This document shows, piece by piece, positions 22,393 to 37,612 of a DNA stretch of 64,000 bases (the first letter of the stretch is position 1; every line of letters starts with the position of its first letter). Origin of the DNA: Eledone cirrhosa (lineage: Eukaryota); contig OZ024743.1 in the NCBI GenBank assembly GCA_964016885.1, positions 175,770,001 through 175,834,000 of the forward strand. Reading direction: 5' to 3'. Below the pieces are notes generated by a model. The model did no database searches and was not told where the DNA came from. It worked only from the letters and a program-made list of their open reading frames with translations. The position numbers and the translations under genes are program-made.

Positions 22393-22642
22393 GCACCTGT
22401 TGGTTTCCACTTCAATTTATTATAAATTTCCGGTTGGTTGTGTCTCTCCTTTGTTCTGTCTTACACCATCAAGATGGTGTAGGATAGAACAAAGGAGGGA
22501 CACAAAATGAAAACCTAGTCACTGAGGAGGTCGCAGAACGTGTGGCAAAAGAACTTTGACAATATATAAACAACCATCGAGTTATCGGACCAACCAACCA
22601 ACCGAAAATTTATTATAAACTGAAATGAAAACCAGCAGATGC
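22393..22642. mobile_element. Foldback element with degenerate hammerhead (22518-22560) in right arm
   Basis: Outer arms 22393-22440/~22595-22642, central hairpin ~22440-22503. GTCA-CTGAGGA-GGTCGCA..TGTGGC-AAAA-GAAC-TT-TGAC. Confidence 0.55.
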
Positions 22643-22787
22643 TTGTGTTTTATTAGCGGCATGGCGCCCCCTCCCCCCACCAAAGTATAACAATATTTGT
22701 TTCAACACACGTTTTCAGATAAGAAATCTTGCAAAGCAAATTAAAAAACGAAGTATAAATAAATAGATACACACACATACCCCCCCC

Positions 22788-22865
<78 letters not shown>

Positions 22866-22868
<3 letters not shown>

Positions 22869-24862
22869 TGTTTCTATTTCTCTTAATTTCGAGTACATTT
22901 TTTACCGGCTACCTTCCTGGTGGCAATGTTATAAAATAAAATATATTGTCATCCCTTGAATTGCAAGAATGTTTTGCAAATTTTGAAGGTGCCAACTATT
23001 ACAGCCATTTGTAGTTTATGAATTAGGGAACTGTGCTCTTTTTCCACAACTCCAAGTTCAGTTATACTTTGTTCCAAGCTGTAGCTCCAATAATAATGGG
23101 TATGAAGCTGAAAGTGTATCTTTGATTTTGTATCTGCAAACTCCTCATCAATGGCCCGTAGATATTCTCCTTCTCTTGTATTTTTCTTACAACGTTGACA
23201 TCAAGTGGGTAGCTGATCTCTACAACAGAGCCCGTTTTCAATGTGTGATCCCAAACAACAATATCATGCTGGTTGTGCTTTAATTTGGTGGCATTATTTA
23301 TGTTCATGTTACACCAGTATTCTTAAGTGCCATCTATCTCATTTGTTTTTAATTTTGTTTTCTTAAGTGCCCTCCAGATGGTTCTAGCTATCCCATCGTG
23401 TCTCATAGGGAGGTAGGAGTGACACGACATTCTTTCGGAGTAGGCAACAATGTGGCTAACATCTTCGATCTTTGTTTTACATAGCCTACATTTATTGTCG
23501 ACTGATGACCCACCTCTTTTCTACAGTAGATATTTGATAGGGATTTCTTGTTCCTGTATTGCATAGTGATATCCTTCAAGGTGGGATGTCATAAACTTGT
23601 CGGAACTCCATGCCAGGCTTTTTGAATGATTTATCCCCTCTATGGGCATGCACAACCTTCTCTGTAAATTGGTTAATTTTGTTATCTTTTTCGAACATTG
23701 AATAGGATCTTCCAATGTCCCTGGGAGAGAGATTTATATCATGCCTTATTCCATATCCCTCCTCCAGTCCAGTGGATATCCTAATGATATTATTTCCTTC
23801 GGGCTCATAGACCAGGGCAAGATGGTTGCTGATTTTTTTCTTCTGCTGAAGATGTTGCTTCAGTGTTACCATTCGGGTCTCGTATGATGTTAATAATGGA
23901 TTTTAGACTCCGGCCACCATCCTTGCGTGAGAAGTATAGCCTATCCACATCACCATTGATGTTAAAGTTTCCAGTAACACTTAGAAGCTTGCGAGTTCTG
24001 ACATCCATCTCACTTAGGTCTTGCAATGACTAGTTCACAGACCAAATGTTAGCGTTAGAATTGGCACAGGATAAGTATTGTGGGCAATGTATTTGTTGTA
24101 CGCTTATAGTTCTAATGACCATATTTTCTTCACTCTCCTGAGGTTTTCAGTTCTGGTTCTCTTCTTATTTATGGGTCCATCATATCTGACATTCTCATCC
24201 TGTCCAAGATATCTGTAGTTGTCACCTGACTGTAGAGGTTGTATTGTCAGGCCGTTCATCTCTAGATTTTCAGAGGAGGGCACTGCTCTTCCACGTTTTA
24301 CCGTCAAATATGCACATTTGGACTCACCCAATTTCATTCTGATGTCTGCAGAAAATTGTGTAATGAGCTCCAATTGTTTTTTTAATATAGTCGATATTTG
24401 GTCCATACAACTTCAGGTCATTAACAAAGAAAAGATGGGAGATACTTCTGGATCCATTTCCATGACCACTTTATTTTGTGAGCAGGTATGATAGTGGGTT
24501 TAGTGAGAGGACGAAGAGCAGCACTGATAAGCTATCACACCGAAAGATGCCTTTCTGGTCGTGTATTGCTCCTCACCCTTAAGGATCAAATTGGTGTATC
24601 AGTTCTTGGTCAGACCATTAAAAGCAGCTACTACTGGTTGAGGGACTTTGGCTAACTGTAAAGCCTTAATAATCCACCCATGAGGTATACTAGCAAAAGC
24701 CTTCTGATAGTCAAGTCACACCACAGTCATGTTCCTACGATTATTTGCTATTTTGTTTTCTGTATCATTTTATTTGTTAGTAAGTGATCTATGCAGCCCC
24801 AGACCTCCTTCTTTCCATCAGCTTGCTCAGGTGTTATAATTTTGTTGGTGGTACAATGATCC
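22866..24862 (-). pseudogene. R4/Dong-type LINE family A, 5'-truncated, frameshifted RT + RLE domain
   Basis: EQADGKKEVWGC, YRYLGQ, VDRLYFSRKDGGR, DIVVWD..VVEISYP. Confidence 0.9.
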
Positions 24863-24923
24863 TGTATGTATGTATGTATGTATGTATGTATGTATGTATG
24901 TATGTATGTATGTATGTATGTAT

Positions 24924-27900
24924 GTTCTTCTGGTTTTATAATTTCACAAAGTTTTACCAATAGAGAGAGAGTCGGTTTCTAACATAGACACAAGACTTTC
25001 TCATTGGAATTTACACAACATCAACTTGGTAGATATGTATGCATGCATGTGTAGATATGGATGTTATTGTATGTGTGGATGTGTATGTTTTGAGTTGTAT
25101 GTGTGCATGTGTATATGCTTTGTATCTGTACATCTGTATATGCAGTTATTAGATGCAAAATGTTTGGAATGTTTTACATATTTTTACTGTTCCATTAATG
25201 GATTGTACTTGTAATTTCCTAATTAGTTGAGTCCTTTCTGTTCCTGTGAAGCCTAGCTTCTCAAGATTTGTATTGAGGCAGTTACTAACATATCCCAGTG
25301 CCCCAATAATCACAGGCATAAATCTGAAAGTCTAAGCAGGGTGGAGTATCTGCAGATTTCTCATCAGTTCTGCATAAATATTCTCCTTTTCACTAATCTT
25401 TGATATTATATTGGCATCTGCTGGGCAGCTAATTTCCACTATTGTTCATGTTTTCGTCTCCCTGTCCCATATCATAATATCTGGTCTGCATTTTATTGGG
25501 GGTTTTACTGGAACATTCCACCAGTACTCTTTCATATTATGTACACGGATGTCTTCCACATTGTTGTAGCTTTTAATGTGTTTATTATCGGGGCTATCAT
25601 GTTTACGAACTGCATTGTACAGTGTTTTGACCACTACATCATGCCTCATAGGTAGATAGTACCGCGATGACATCTTTGGACAGCTGCTGATGACATGGGT
25701 GATATCCTCGATGTTAGTTCTGCAGAGTCTGCACTTGTTATTACATCTAGGTGTTTTGTCTGCATCCCTATCTCTATTGTGAATCAGGTATTTCGTGCTA
25801 ATCTCCTGTTCCTGGATTGCAAAAGCATATTCTTCAAAGTGGGAGCCAATATAGCGCTTGTTGGTCCAAGATAAACTACTTTCCTTATCTATATTACTCT
25901 CACTCTGGAGCTTCCTGGCAATATAACCATGCATGATTTTTTGCTGATAGGCATGCAGTTTTTCATCCATGGATTCACTGCGATACTGCTGAGCGACATC
26001 CCTGGGTGTCAGTTTTTGATTATCACACAGGGAATATCTCTCAAGGAGTTCCTTCCCAACTCTCATGATCTTATCTGTTTCATGCAGATAGACTTGCTCG
26101 AGAAACCGGCTCCTACGCTTCGAGGTTCGTAGATGTTGTCGGAGAGATATGATGCGACATTCAAATGTTGTCTGGACTGATGTTAGGCCTCCGCCTCCCT
26201 GCTTACGTTTCAAGTAAAGGCGGTCTATGTCACTGTTGATGTGGAAGTTTCCGGTGTTGTTCAGTATTTTTCGAGTTTCAACATCAACTGCTCGGATTTC
26301 GTCTATCGCCCAATTGAGTATTCCAAACGTTGGTGTTAGGACAGGCACAACAAACACATTGTGAGTCACTGTTTTGTTTTGCACAGAGAGTTCCAGGTGT
26401 AGTATTCCCTGGTTACGCGTCCTTTATTACAGATACCATTATAGGATATGTTCTCATCTATCCCCAGGTATCTGTAGCAGTCCTCATCAGATATCGGTGA
26501 AACAGTTAGGCCATTGATGACAATGCTGCTAGATTGGGTTGTTGTTTTCCCCCGCTTTACAGTCATGTATGAGCATTTATCTTGGCCAAACTCCATTTCT
26601 ATATCCTTTGAGAACGTTGTAACCAGGTCAAGATTTTTCTTCATCCATCCATGTTCTTGGCATTGAGTTTCAGATCGTCCACAAAGAAATTATGGGTTAG
26701 GTTCGTATTTCTGCCCCTCCTGTGAGCCAATGATGTATCCCTCACATTTCTTAAGCAGAAAGTGCAAGGGGTTTAATGACAAGATGAATAATATCACAGA
26801 GAGACTGTCCCCTGAAATATACCCCTGCAATATTTTATTTTATCAGTGAAAATAGAGTCCTCCCTCTCTGTCTTTAACCTTAGGATAGTAGCCCAAGAAG
26901 AAGACAGCCTCTCTATGGCTCTGATAATAATGTATGAGACTTTAGCAAGTTGGAGGGCCTCTATCATCCTAGAGTGGGGAACAGAATCGAAAGCTTTCCT
27001 GTAGTCCAGCCAGACTGTAGTCATATTCCTCCTAAGTTGTCGCACCTCTGACATCGCAGTTTTGTTGATTAGGAGTTGTTCAGCACATCCCCAAACCCCT
27101 TTCTTTCCAGCTGCTTGTTCATCTGTGATGATGTTATTATTTTCACAGTGAGCTTGGAGGAATAGGTTCAGGCAGGCTGTATACATCTTATACATTAGGT
27201 TCTGGCATGCAATGGGTCGGTAATTGTTTGCCAAGTGGGTGTCTTTGTACCTGGCGATCAGTAATCTTTGTGCTAATGTCAACCATTCTGGTATAAGTGT
27301 ATCTCCCTTAAGAACTTGTTGGTAGAGGTCAGTAAGATACGTCCGATAGAATATCAGTTTGTTGTACCAGTAGCCGACAATCATGTATCTTCCTGGTGTT
27401 TTCTTATCTTGGAGTTTTCCTATCACAGTCTCAAGGGTGCCCTCACTTATTTCGTATGTTTTTGTTGTAGTGTAGGAGCAATAGTTCTTTCGGATTTCTC
27501 TTAGCCACACTGCATCTTGGTTGAAATTTTTCTTTTCACCCCATATTTTTCTCCAAAAGGAATTTATGTCTTTCTGGGATGGGGCCTCAGTGACACTTAT
27601 TATTTTGCCTTTCATATCTCTATAGACTGATGTTTGGTTTCGTCTGAATCTTTTATTAAGCACTTTTCTCTCATCTACCTTCTTCAGGTATCGGCGTTTT
27701 TCGCTAACAGCTCTCAATTCTTGTTTGAGGGTGATCAGCTTATATTGGAGAGTTCTGGTTCTACTGTTACCAAACATCGTCTCTATTTTATTTTTCACTC
27801 TTTGTTGGTGAGGAGTGAGGTTTTTTGTGTTTGTTTGCATGTAAGGAGCATTGTCACATATCCTATGTTTTTTCGCAGGTCAGCAATCTTTTTTTCTATT

Positions 27901-29000
27901 TTACTTATATATGATGGTATTTTTGGTGGTGTTTTGTTCTTGTTAATATCTCTGCTATCACCAAGATAATGCTTCACTGTCGTTGCTAGGGCATATAAAC
28001 AGGCGTTGATTTGCCAAAATGTTGGGGTTTTTATCCGTCGTAAATATTCATCCCCTATTTCGTCAATAACACGTAGTATTTCATTATTTGGTTTTTTATT
28101 CAACATTGTCGTTTTAACACGTTCAGCAAGAGAGATATTTACACATGAGTTAATTTCTCTCTGGAAGATTTCGTTGAGGGAAATTTTCAATTGTTTATAC
28201 TTTTGTTTATCATTATCGATAGTATTTTCCACAACAGTCGAGGTAGACTCGCATGGTACACGTGGTGTCACATTTATTCGATTATTATTATTATCGATAG
28301 TGTTTTCACCAGCATTCGCGGTAGACTTAGATGGTACAGGTGGTGTCAAGTTTCTTACAGGCATAGTTGATTCAAGGCGCTGTTCAGCCTGGCTGCTAGG
28401 AAGTCTAGTAGCATGGCGACCTGTAGCACGTGTTGTTGATAACATGTTTGTTGTTGGGGACTTACAATTAATAATATTTATCTTGTTTTTACGTTCAACA
28501 AACGTTGCTTGTTGGCGTAATTGCCTCGCTGTGAAATAATTTAGCTCTGGGTGCATTTCGTCACAGTGTAGCTTCATTCTAGTCATATAGCCAATGGAGG
28601 AATTGTTTTTTTGCCATTTTATAACAATTAAATAAATCATTATTAAGTTCGCAACTCCAAGAGAAATGCGATTTATAATTCCGGTTTCTTCTGTAGCTAC
28701 AACTGAATAAAGTTTGATTACCTTCCTTGTTATTTGTCTTCGGTACTTCCTTAATTTTTTTGTTGATGTTGTGTTCAGCCATGCTGTTTGTAGCAAATCC
28801 TTGTAAAATGAATTATGTATTTAGTCGGATATCTCTTCGAATTCGAATAAAAGGTGTCTTCAGAAGGGATAGTTAGAAGAATAACCAGTTATTCAACCTA
28901 ACTGTAGTTGTGGCATTACTGTCGGAGATAGTATTCATCTTAAATTTAATAAATAGTCTCCCACGCCAAAGTATGCGACTGATCGCGTTGACTGTCTAGT
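24924..29000 (-). pseudogene. R4/Dong-type LINE family B, near full length, frameshifted (ORF pieces 28796-27795, 27840-26794, 26644-26366, 26384-25446)
   Basis: NYRPIAC, WLDYRKAFDSVPH, GIFQG, FFVDDL, YRYLG, CRLC..HVISSC, RHD, RPDIMIWD..VEISCP (CCHC knuckle + PD-(D/E)xK-type nuclease). Flanked by (TATG)n. Confidence 0.92.
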
Positions 29001-29024
29001 TATATATGTATGTATGTATGTATT

Positions 29025-29598
29025 TCAGTACAACCTGTTCCATGGTCGGGTCGTTGGCGACTAAACAGGCAACCCCACCAAGGTTTCTTGGTGAGGAGGG
29101 TGACTTTGGACATCCTGCAGGACTAAAAACAAAACCTGTCAAAATGGCAAAGGAGCTCTTAAGAGTCAATGGCCATCCAAAATCACCGGGAGAGATGACC
29201 CCTTAGCCGTTGTCAAGGCAGAATTCTAGGAGAAGGAAAACTCTGATATAACACCTGCAGCCAGGATGGTATCCAATGATGTTGACTTGTTCTTCTTTTT
29301 GGTAAATATCATCTCGGTTAAGAGAATGGGACTGGCTTTGTGCAGTGCCTTTGCTCACTATAAAAACTTCACGGCACAGGCATTGCTTTATATCTGGAGA
29401 TCTCTCTGCACTTGTCATCACATGGTACCATGGGCCCAGTACTATGTGTTAATGATTGTCACAAGTGTAGTGTTTTTACCAGAGTTTTCAAGTCGCTGGC
29501 TGGACTAAAAAGTCACACTTGTTCAGCGCATCGGTAAGAGTTCTCCGACATGGATATAAAGTAGTGGCCGTACTCGAAAACGAGTTGGCAGCCACCAT
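29025..29598 (+). mobile_element. Non-autonomous bipartite RTE derivative (~0.6 kb)
   Basis: 5' part resembles the RTE 5' UTR (TTCTAGGAGAAGG..GATGTTGA..GCACAGGCATTGC). 3' end GGCCGTACTCGAAAACGAGTTGGCAGCCACCATGTATG. Confidence 0.85.
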
Positions 29599-29666
29599 GT
29601 ATGTATGTATGTATGTATGTATGTATGTATGTATGTATGTATGTATGTATGTATGTATGTATGTAT

Positions 29667-30236
29667 GTTCTTCTGGTTTTATAATTTCACAAAGTTTTAC
29701 CAATAGAGAGAGAGTCGGTTTCTAACAGACACAAGACTCTCTCATTGGAATTTACACAACATCAACTAGGTAGATATGTATGTATGTCTGCATGCATGCA
29801 TGTGTAGATATGGATGTTATTGTATGTGTGGATGTGGATGTTTTGAGTTGTATGTGTGCATGTGTATATGCTTTGTATCTGTACATCTGTATATGCAGTT
29901 ATTAGATGCAAAATGTTTGGAATGTTTTACATATTTTTACTGTTCCATTAATGGATTGTACTTGTAATTTCCTAACTAGTTGTATTCTTTTTGTTCCTGT
30001 GAAGCCTAGCTTCTCAGGATTTGTATTGAGGCAGTTACTAACATATCCCAGTGCCCCAATAATCACAGGCATACATCTGAAAGTCTAAGCAGGGTGGAGT
30101 ATCTGCAGATTTCTCATCAGTTCTGCATAAATATTCTCCTTTTCGCTAATCTTTGATATCATATAGGCATCTGCTGGGCAGCTAATTTCCACTACTGTGC
30201 ATGTTTTCTTCTCCCTGTCCCATATCATAATATCAG
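29667..30236 (-). mobile_element. R4/Dong-type family B 3' fragment
   Basis: Near-identical to 24924-25480. (TATG)n both sides. Confidence 0.88.
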
Positions 30237-30244
30237 TATGTATG

Positions 30245-30278
<34 letters not shown>

Positions 30279-30315
30279 TGTATGTATGTATGTATGTATG
30301 TATGTATGTATGTAT

Positions 30316-31548
30316 GTTTTCTCTTTCTCTTAATTTCGAGTATATTTTTTTGACCGGCCACCTTCCTGGTGGCAAGGTTGTAAAAGAAAAGAAATTGTCA
30401 TCCCAGGAATCGCCAGAATGTTTTGCAAATTTTGAAGGCGCCAGCTATCGCAGCCATCTGTAGACTATGAATTAGGGAGCTGCGCTTTTTGTCCGCAAAT
30501 CCAAGTTCAGTCATACTTTGGTCCAAGCGGGTTGGTATATAACCCGTAGCACCAATAATGATGGGTATGAAGCTAAAGGTGTATCTTGGATACTGGATTT
30601 GTAAACTCCTCATCAATGGTCCGTAGATGTCCTCCTTCTCCTGTATTTTCTGACAACGTTTACACCAAGTGGGCAGCTGATCTCCACAACAGAACACGTT
30701 TTCAATCTGTGGTCCCAAACTACAATATCAGGCCGGTTGTGCTTTAATTTGGTGGCAGTTTTTATTTTCAGGTTCCACCAGTATTCCTTAGAGCCATCTG
30801 TCTCAATATATTCTTCCTCGTTTGTTGTTAATTTTGTTTTCCGAAGTGCGTTCCAGATGGTTCTAGCTATCCCATCGTGTCTCATGGGGAGGTAGTAGCG
30901 AGATGACATTCTTTCGCAGCTGGCAACAATGTGGCTTACATCCTCGATCTTTGTTTTACATAGCCTACATTTATTGTCAGCTGCTGGCCCTCCTCTTTTG
31001 TGCAGCAGATATTTGGTAGGGAGTTCTTGTTCCTGTATTGCATAGAGATATCCCTCAAGGTGTGATGTCATAAACTTGTCGGAACTCCATGCCAGGCTTT
31101 TTGAGTGGTTTATCCCCTCTATGGTCTGTGTTTTACGCCTCAAGTATCCATGCACAACTTTTTCTGTAAATTGGTCAATTTTCTTATCTTGTTTGAACAT
31201 TGAATAGGATCTTCCGATTTCTCTGGGTGAGAGATTTATATCAGGCTTTATTCCATATCTCTCCTCCAGATCAGTCGCTATTCTAATGATATTTCTTTTT
31301 CATGCTCATAAACCTGGGCAAGATGGTTGCCAACCTTTTTCCTCTGTTGAAGGTGTTGCTTCAGTGTTACTATCCGGGTCTCATATGTTGTTAATATTGA
31401 TTTTAGACCCCGGCCACCTTCCTTGCGTGAGAAGTATAGCCTATCCACATCACCATTGATGTTAAAGTTGCCAGTAACCCTGAGAAGTTTTCGAGTTCTA
31501 ACATCCATCTCACTTAGTTCTTGCAATGACCAGTTCAGTAGGCCAAAT
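30316..31548 (-). pseudogene. R4/Dong-type family A 3' fragment (zinc knuckle + RLE)
   Basis: CRLCKTKIEDVSHIVASC, RHD, HNRPDIVVWD..VVEISCP. (TATG)n both sides. Confidence 0.9.
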
Positions 31549-32739
31549 GTATGTATGTATGTATGTATGTATGTATGTATGTATGTATGTATGTATGTAT
31601 GTATGTATGTATGTATGTATGTATGTATGTATGTATGTATGTATGTATGTATGTATGCCTGCATGTATGTATGTATGTATGTATGTATGTATGTATGTAT
31701 GTATGTATGTATGTATGTATGTATGTATGTATGTATGTATGTATAACTAGTTGTTGTATCAGCCCCAGGTACCGAGGTTAGATATAATACTACCATAAAT
31801 ATACCTTCGAGAAGTAGAGACTCTTTCATGACATTTCCAATATACAAAACACGAAGGTTTCTTATGATATCACAGAAATCTGAAAGATTACGTGACTATC
31901 ACACATAACTAAAATCGTATCAGGGAGAGCATTTTAAACATTGAATAAGTACTAGAGATATACCCGTGTATCGATTTGTTAGAATATATCTCTAACTAAA
32001 TAAAACTTGGCTTTTGGTTTGAGGAAGAAAGCATATTAGAAATAGTTCTATTGGTAGTAATAGGTATATACGGCCTCGTCTCCCTCACCAACCTATCGTT
32101 GAATCAATCGGGATTCTGAAATGAAATTATATTTCATCTTCTTATCATTTTATCACATTGGAATGGTCTATGTTGAACTGTATAATTGATTGATGCTTTT
32201 CAAATTCATACCGTGTGTGTGCATGTGAAATTAAATCTGCTCATAACTGCATATTACTTGCAGTAATATATTCCAGCTACAAAGATTCTATTTTGGATGT
32301 CTATTCATAAATACAATATGTATGACACAAATTTCAAATATTAAAGCAAGCTACTAAATAAATGTTGCATCCATTAAAGACAAGTTGTCTTCTTCTGAAA
32401 CCTAGAAGATGTTGATGACAGCAAACTGTCTATGCAATGAAATTACTAAAACGAATAGATAAATACATACATAAATAAATTTAGCGAATAGGAATGAATA
32501 TTGATGTACTTGGGGTTTCCGACGGCAGATCAAGAGGAAAATAAATCAATCAATTTATGCAACTTGGAACTCTGAACATAAACGTTTGTATGAGAAATTC
32601 GCTTCAAAAGTCCATATTTGCGGGTACGATCCCGTTGCATGGTAGCTTGAGTTGATGTATTCTACTGTAAACCCATTTAAACTTAGTTTTAATGGTTTGC
32701 GATTAGGTAAATTTGGGAAACGAAAACTGTTTCACACTC

Positions 32740-32805
<66 letters not shown>

Positions 32806-34094
32806 CTCTCTCTCTCCCTCTCTCTTTCACACACAACAACAACAACAACAACAGCTACACCACCACCACCACCACCACCATCAACAACAACAGCAACGTA
32901 CATATGACAGACACGAAGCAATACAACTATCCGCCTACTATTAAACATATAACAATGGTTTCTCCGTTTTTATTGTTGTCTTTCATTTCATATATTCTCG
33001 TCTGTTTTAATTTATATTGTAAAATCTTATAATTACTAGACGCCATCTCTATTATCGATCTGTTCCATAATTATTAATGTATTGATTTCGATTTAATACT
33101 TCGATGGGTGAGAACTATTTTCGTTTCCTCACCAGCGTTCATTAGCTATAAATAACTGGGCCAATAAATCGGAAATCAGACGTGTGAATTGTCACGTTCT
33201 GCAAGTGTAACAGAAAGAAGAAGAAAAGAACAGCACAAGAGAATCGAACAGTACAACAACAACTATAACAACATCAACAACAATAGTAAAATAGCAACAA
33301 CAATTATCATAATACTGTATAAAAATAAAGGAGTATGTAATTTCAATAGGATCAATAGGAGATTTCGTTTGTGATAAAGAAATAAATGATAAAGTAATGG
33401 CATTAAAAGCACGATGATAGCTCTGAATTTCTCGACAAAGTGATTCTTCGCCATCTTGTTCGTTTGTTCTCTCTATTTATATTTCCTATGTAATTACGAA
33501 GAGATAACATCTGATGCTAAATTAAATGCTTCATAGGTTAGCGTGCCAGATATAACTAAGAATAGTTGAATGTTTTTAGTTTGTGTTTATCTATTGTGGT
33601 AATTTCTAGTATTGTTAATTGGCAGATCATATTTAAACCAGCTTTGATGGTAAGGTGTTAAAGTAAAACAAAAATAGAAGCAAAGAATAGAAATTTAAAA
33701 ATAAAATATTAAAAAAATATTCGGTAAAACTAAGCAGCGCGTAGTTCAGCATTGAGAGCGTAAAATTAAAGGTGTGGAAGTTTCAGCTTAAAGATGAAAC
33801 GCAGATAGCCTTAAAGTGTCACAGTTTGTAAAGAAAAGAAAATAGTATTAAAATAAACAATCACATAACAACACAGCGGGGTTTGATCGCACATGGCAAC
33901 TAGGCTTAAACTGATCTCAATCTTTATAAATACTGACTAAATAGAGTGATTCTATAAGTAACACCTCTCACGTACAGTATATACACACACATATACATAC
34001 ATACATACATACATACATACATACATACATACATACATACATACATACATACATACATACATACATACATACATACATACATACATACATACAT

Positions 34095-34276
34095 TATACA
34101 CACGTGTGCGTGAATGTTCTGGAAAAAAAAATTGTGAAATAATAAAACCAGAAGAACATTCACGCACACGTGTTTATACATATGTGCATATATATATATA
34201 TGTATATATATGTATATATATATGTATATATATATGTATGTATGTATCTATGTGTATATATATATATATACAGTAC

Positions 34277-34307
<31 letters not shown>

Positions 34308-34350
34308 AACACACACACACATATGTATATATATACATATAAATATATAA

Positions 34351-34411
<61 letters not shown>

Positions 34412-34413
34412 TA

Positions 34414-34477
<64 letters not shown>

Positions 34478-34577
34478 TATATATATGTTTATATATGTAT
34501 ATGTATATGTATATATATATATATATGTTTATATGTTTATATATGTATGTGTATATATATATACATATATAGATATA

Positions 34578-34635
<58 letters not shown>

Positions 34636-34649
34636 TATATGAATATATA

Positions 34650-34735
<86 letters not shown>

Positions 34736-34865
34736 AGAGAGTATTGAAGTTTGCTTGATATATATATATATGCACATATGTATACGCACGTGTGCGTGAA
34801 TGATCTGGTTTTATAATTTCACAATTTTCTTTTTCCAGAAGCACATTCACCCACACGTGTGTATA
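34095..34865. repeat. ~100-bp inverted repeats flanking ~550 bp of (TA)n-rich sequence
   Basis: 34095-34190 vs 34770-34865. The arms contain the family-B terminal motif CTGGTTTTATAATTTCAC. Confidence 0.7.
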
Positions 34866-34933
34866 CATGTATGTATACATGTATGTATGTATATATGCAT
34901 GTTCTTCTGGTTTTATAATTTCACAAAGTTTTA

Positions 34934-35696
34934 CGCTTATAGTTCTGATGACCATATTTTCTTCACTCTCCTGAGGTTTTCGTTCTGGTTCTCTTCTTAT
35001 TTATGGGTCCATCATATCTGACATTCTCATCCTGTCCAAGATATCTGTAGTTGTCACCTGACTGTAGAGGTTGTATTGTCAGGCCGTTCATCTCTAGATT
35101 TTCAGAGGAGGGCACTGCTCTTCCACGTTTTACCGTCAAATATGCACATTTGGACTCACCCAATTTCATTCTGATGTCTGCAGAAAATTGTGTAATGAGC
35201 TCCAATTGTTTTTTTAATATAGTCGATATTTGGTCCATACAACTTCAGGTCATTAACAAAGAAAAGATGGGAGATACTTCTGGATCCATTTCCATGACCA
35301 CTTTATTTTGTGAGCAGGTATGATAGTGGGTTTAGTGAGAGGACGAAGAGCAGCACTGATAAGCTATCACACCGAAAGATGCCTTTCTGGTCGTGTATTG
35401 CTCCTCACCCTTAAGGATCAAATTGGTGTATCAGTTCTTGGTCAGACCATTAAAAGCAGCTACTACTGGTTGAGGGACTTTGGCTAACTGTAAAGCCTTA
35501 ATAATCCACCCATGAGGTATACTAGCAAAAGCCTTCTGATAGTCAAGTCACACCACAGTCATGTTCCTACGATTATTTGCTGTTTTGTTTTCTGTATCAT
35601 TTTATTTGTTAGTAAGTGATCTATGCAGCCCCAGACCTCCTTCTTTCCATCAGCTTGCTCAGGTGTTATAATTTTGTTGGTGGTACAATGATCCTG
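34934..35696 (-). pseudogene. Duplicate of internal R4/Dong family A segment 24100-24862
   Basis: Nearly identical sequence, same lesions and same 5' truncation point (..ACAATGATCCTGTATG). Confidence 0.9.
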
Positions 35697-35739
35697 TATG
35701 TATGTATGTATGTATGTATGTATGTATGAGGGAGCTTAT

Positions 35740-36075
<336 letters not shown>

Positions 36076-36081
36076 TGTCTG

Positions 36082-36115
<34 letters not shown>

Positions 36116-36172
36116 TGTATGTATGTATGTATGTATGTATGTATGTATGTATGTATGTGTGTATGTATGTAT

Positions 36173-36747
36173 GTTCTTCTGGTTTTATAATTTCACAAAA
36201 TTTTACCAATAGAGAGAGAGTCGGTTTCTAACATAGACACAAGACTTTCTCATTGGAATTTACACAACATCAACTTGGTAGATATGTATGCATGCATGTG
36301 TAGATATGGATGTTATTGTATGTGTGGATGTGGATGTTTTGAGTTGTATGTGTGCATGTGTATATGCTTTGTATCTGTACATCTGTATATGCAGTTATTA
36401 GATGCAAAATGTTTGGAATGTTTTACATATTTTTACTGTTCCGTTAATGGATTGTACTTGTAATTTCCTAACTAGTTGTATTCTTTCTGTTCCTGTGAAG
36501 CCTAGCTTCTCAAGATTTGTATTGAGGCAGTTACTAACATATCCCAGTGCCCCAATAATCACAGGCATAAATCAGAAGGTGTAATCAGGGTGGAGTATCT
36601 GCAGATTTCTCATCAGTTCTGCATAAATATTCTCCTTTTCACTAATCTTTGATATATTGGCATCTGATGGGCAGCTAATTTCCACTACTGTGCATGTTTT
36701 CTTATTATGTACATGGATGTCTTCCACATTGCTGTAACTTTTAATGT
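36173..36747 (-). mobile_element. R4/Dong-type family B 3' fragment
   Basis: Matches 24924-25580 with an internal deletion. Confidence 0.88.
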
Positions 36748-36827
36748 TTGTATGTATGTATGTATGTATGTATGTATGTATGTATGTATGTATGTATGTA
36801 TGTATGTATGTATGTATGTATGTATAT

Positions 36828-37412
36828 GTAACATGTATCCCAGTACAACCTGTCTCATGGTCGGGTCGTTGGCGACTAAACTGGCAACCCCACCAAGGTT
36901 TCTTGGTGAGGAGGGTGACTTTGGACATCCTGCAGGACTGAAAACAAAACCTGTCAAAGGGCAAAGGAGCTCTTAAGAGTCAATGGCCATCCAAAATCAC
37001 CGGGAGAGATGAACCCTTAGCCTTTGTCAAGGCAGAATTCTAGGAGAAGGAAAACTCTGATATAACACCTGCAACCCTGATGGTATCCAATGATGTTGAC
37101 TTGTTCTTCTTTTTGGTAAATATCATCTTGGTTAAGAGAGTGGGACTGGCTTTGTGCAGTGCCTTTGCTCACTATAAAAGCTTCACGGCACAGGCATTGC
37201 TTTATATCTGGAGATCTCTCTGCACTTGTCGTCACATAGTACCATGGGCCCAGCACTATGCGTCAATAATTGTCACAAGTGTAGTGTTTGTACCAGAGTT
37301 TTCAAGTCGCTGGCTGGACTAAAAAGTCATATTCGTTCAGCGCATTGGTAGGGGTTCTCCTACATGGATATAAAGTAGTGGCCGTACTCGAAAACGAGTT
37401 GGCATCCGCCAT
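36828..37412 (+). mobile_element. Non-autonomous bipartite RTE derivative
   Basis: Highly similar to 29025-29598. Confidence 0.85.
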
Positions 37413-37612
37413 ATATGTATATATATGTATATGTATGTATGTGTGTATGTGTATGTATGTATGTATACATGTATATATGTATGTATGTATGTGTGTATGT
37501 GTATATATGTGTATATGTATGTATGTGTGTATATATATGTATATATGTGTATATGTATGTATGTATGTGTGTATATGTATATATGTATGTATGTATGTAT
37601 ATATATATACTG

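Noticed and set aside
28006-28539. 177-aa plus-strand ORF
   Set aside because: Antisense shadow of the R4/Dong ORF.
34170-34955. Long YI/MYVC/HTYI-rich ORFs here and throughout
   Set aside because: Translations of (TA)n, (TATG)n and (CA)n microsatellites.
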